Shown piece by piece: positions 61,777 through 64,000 of a DNA stretch of 64,000 nt (position 1 is the stretch's first letter; each line of letters starts with the position of its first letter). The translations under genes and the position numbers were made by a program. The DNA lies in the NCBI GenBank assembly GCA_028023455.1, contig JAQFVV010000007.1:15500001-15564000 (forward strand). Direction: 5' to 3'. Below the pieces are notes generated by a model. It worked only from the letters and a program-made list of their open reading frames with translations. It had not been told where the DNA came from and did not search any database. The DNA comes from Epiperipatus broadwayi (lineage: Eukaryota; Animalia; Onychophora).

Positions 61777-63999
61777 TCAACCATTATCAATCCACTGCAG
61801 GATGAAGGTCTCTCCAAGTTTAATCCATCTTCTCCGATCTTTAGCTTCTCTTCTCCACATCACCCCTGCACACTTTCTTATTTCATCCATCCATCTCACA
61901 TGTGGTCTCTTTCTGGGTCTTTTACAATCTCTTGGAATCCAGTTTAAAATTTCAATTGTCCATCTATTATCATCTCTTCTAGCAATATGTCCAGCCCAAC
62001 TCCACTTCAATCTTTTAATTTTTTCAATGATGTCAGTAAGACCTGTTTGTTCTCTTACCCATACATTGCGTTTTTGATCTCTTTTTGTTACTCCCAACAT
62101 ACACCTCTCCATACTTCTTTGAGTGGTCTGAAGTCTCTGTATTGCTCTTCTATTGAGTGTCCAAGTCTCAGGTCCATAAGTAAGAACTGGTAAAACACAT
62201 TTGTTAAAAACCTTCCTTTTCAAACACATAGGCATATTTCCTTTTAGTATCAAGTTATTTCTACCAAAAGCACTCCAACCAAGTTTAATTCTATGATTAA
62301 TTTCCTCCATTATGTTTCCATCTGTATTAATAATCTGACCAAGGTATTTGTAACTGTTAACTTCTTCTAATTCATCATAATCAATCTTTATTTTCATATT
62401 TTGAGCAAACCAATTAAACATTACTTTAGTCTTTTTAACATTTATCTTTAGTCCTACTTTCCTACTTTCATCTGATAACTCCTGCAACATTTCCTGCAGC
62501 TCTGAAGCATTATTTGCAAAAACAACTACATCATCTGCGAAATCTAAATGACTTAAATAATCTCCATTTACTTTCACTCCTTTAGTTTCCCATTTTAATC
62601 CACAAAATACTTCTTGCAGCACTGTTGTAAAAAGTTTTAGAGATATGGAGTCACCTTGTCTTACACCTTTCTCAATGTTGACTTTCCCAGTATCATTATG
62701 TAATCTAATTGTTGCTGTTGCATTTTTATAATTATTCTTTAAAATATGACAATATCCTGGATCTATACCTTGATGATCCAATGCTTTAATCACTGAAGAA
62801 ATGTTTATAGAATCAAATGCCTTTTCATAATCTACAAATCCAAAACATAATGACAACTCATATTCATTTGTCCTTTCTATAACTTCTCTCATTACCTGAA
62901 TATGATCTACTGTACTAAAACCACTTTTAAATCCAGCTTGTTCTCTTGGTTGGTGGAAATCCAATGTTCTCTGTAGACGAGTTGTAATTATTTTGGTAAA
63001 AAATTTATATAAAACTGATAAAAGGCTGATAGGTCTGTAATTTCTAATATCTTCTTTATCACCTTTTTTAAATATTAATATTATTACTGCATTCTTCCAA
63101 TCATCCGGTACATCTTTATCATTTAGACATTTGGTATATAACTTTGCTAAAATTTTTTCTGTTTCTTCACCTGCTTCTTTTAATATATCAATTATAATTC
63201 CATCATTACCTGGAGCCTTTCCTTTCTTCATACATTTAATTGCATTTCTCACTTCTTCATTTAAAATTCTGGGCAATTCGGAAGATGTAATAGATATAGG
63301 ACGTACTTGATATTTATTACTATATAATTCTTGATAAAAATTTTCTACCAATTTCATGATGTCATCTCTCTTTTTAGTAATAATTCCATCTTTTTTCCTT
63401 ATTGCAGATATAAATTTCCTACCAATACCAAAATGTTGTTTTACATTCTTAAGACTTTTATTTTCTTCTACAGCTTTTCTTGCTAGTTCACAGTTATATT
63501 TTCTTATATCGTTTTCAACTCTTTTCCGCACCATTTTACAAAATTCGAGATATTCAATTCTTTTTAGTGCATCATTTTTGTATATCTTCATATTTCTTCT
63601 TTTCTTCATAAATTCTCTAGTTTCAATAGAAATTTTGTTGGTCAATTGCTGCTTTTGTCTACCAGCTATCTTTGTTGCAGTTTTTAAAAGTGTATCAGTT
63701 ATTTTCATATTAATTTCATTCAAATCTGAATTATGTTCAAAATCTACTAATACTTGAAATCGATTTGTAAGTTCTAATTTAAATTCATTAGAATGTTTCT
63801 GAAGATTAGGAATATCAACTGTAAATATTGTTTTTCTTAACAATTTTTGTCTTTCTAGTTTTACATTAACACGCATCTTGCACCTTACTAATCGATGATC
63901 ACTTCCTGTGTTAAATCTATTAAGAACATTACAATCTTGAAATATGTATTTCCTGTTAGTCAAAATATAATCCAATTCTGCTGTACCTTCATTTGGATG
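61777..63999 (-). CDS. RTE ORF: C-terminal part of the APE endonuclease plus reverse transcriptase (partial, open to the window edge)
   Basis: EN motifs (ELDYILT; GSDHRLV); RT motifs [39 protein letters not shown]; WAGHIAR C-terminus. The frame stays open upstream of the TTG used by the ORF track ([11 protein letters not shown]). Confidence 0.95.
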   Translation of the reverse strand, partial: HPNEGTAELDYILTNRKYIFQDCNVLNRFNTGSDHRLVRCKMRVNVKLERQKLLRKTIFTVDIPNLQKHSNEFKLELTNRFQVLVDFEHNSDLNEINMKITDTLLKTATKIAGRQKQQLTNKISIETREFMKKRRNMKIYKNDALKRIEYLEFCKMVRKRVENDIRKYNCELARKAVEENKSLKNVKQHFGIGRKFISAIRKKDGIITKKRDDIMKLVENFYQELYSNKYQVRPISITSSELPRILNEEVRNAIKCMKKGKAPGNDGIIIDILKEAGEETEKILAKLYTKCLNDKDVPDDWKNAVIILIFKKGDKEDIRNYRPISLLSVLYKFFTKIITTRLQRTLDFHQPREQAGFKSGFSTVDHIQVMREVIERTNEYELSLCFGFVDYEKAFDSINISSVIKALDHQGIDPGYCHILKNNYKNATATIRLHNDTGKVNIEKGVRQGDSISLKLFTTVLQEVFCGLKWETKGVKVNGDYLSHLDFADDVVVFANNASELQEMLQELSDESRKVGLKINVKKTKVMFNWFAQNMKIKIDYDELEEVNSYKYLGQIINTDGNIMEEINHRIKLGWSAFGRNNLILKGNMPMCLKRKVFNKCVLPVLTYGPETWTLNRRAIQRLQTTQRSMERCMLGVTKRDQKRNVWVREQTGLTDIIEKIKRLKWSWAGHIARRDDNRWTIEILNWIPRDCKRPRKRPHVRWMDEIRKCAGVMWRREAKDRRRWIKLGETFILQWIDNG

Positions 64000-64000
64000 T
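61777..64000 (-). mobile_element. Young RTE-clade LINE, 5' part outside the window
   Basis: Uninterrupted ORF; the 3' end abuts (AT)n at about 61758-61776; about a dozen older homologous fragments occur elsewhere in the window. Confidence 0.95.

Noticed and set aside
61700-63757. Plus-strand ORFs 61700-62077, 61987-62193 and 63356-63757
   Set aside because: They are antisense shadows of the RTE ORF. The same applies to 27872-28156, 28003-28188 and 28020-28262 over the RTE copy there, and to 31162-31661 over the L1-like fragment.

Overview
This is very AT-rich, CpG-depleted eukaryotic (probably invertebrate animal) genomic DNA that reads as intronic or intergenic sequence. I could not recognise any host protein-coding gene. 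The only substantial coding sequence belongs to retrotransposons: (1) a young RTE-clade LINE whose ORF is open from the window edge to its stop (61777-64000, minus), with about a dozen older 5'-truncated relatives; (2) a decayed L1/Tx1-like fragment (about 30857-31900, minus); (3) a decayed non-LTR RT fragment of another clade (17316-18655, minus). Non-coding mobile DNA includes an old tRNA-derived SINE family (about 13-14 copies), one very young tRNA-Val/Gly-like retrocopy with an 18-bp target-site duplication (16597-16737), and a CpG-rich 3.4-kb TGTAAC...GTTACA element inserted in an (AT)n run (38937-42342). The most notable pattern is about ten minimal type-I hammerhead-ribozyme motifs in three sequence families, several inside fold-back (inverted-repeat) insertions. 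This architecture is known from Penelope-like retroelements, but no Penelope ORF is recognisable here. A CpG-rich patch with an NRF1/EWG-type palindrome (about 1600-2000) may be a promoter. All calls were made by eye. Boundaries of old repeats are approximate (tens of bp), and no alignment, folding or database search was run.
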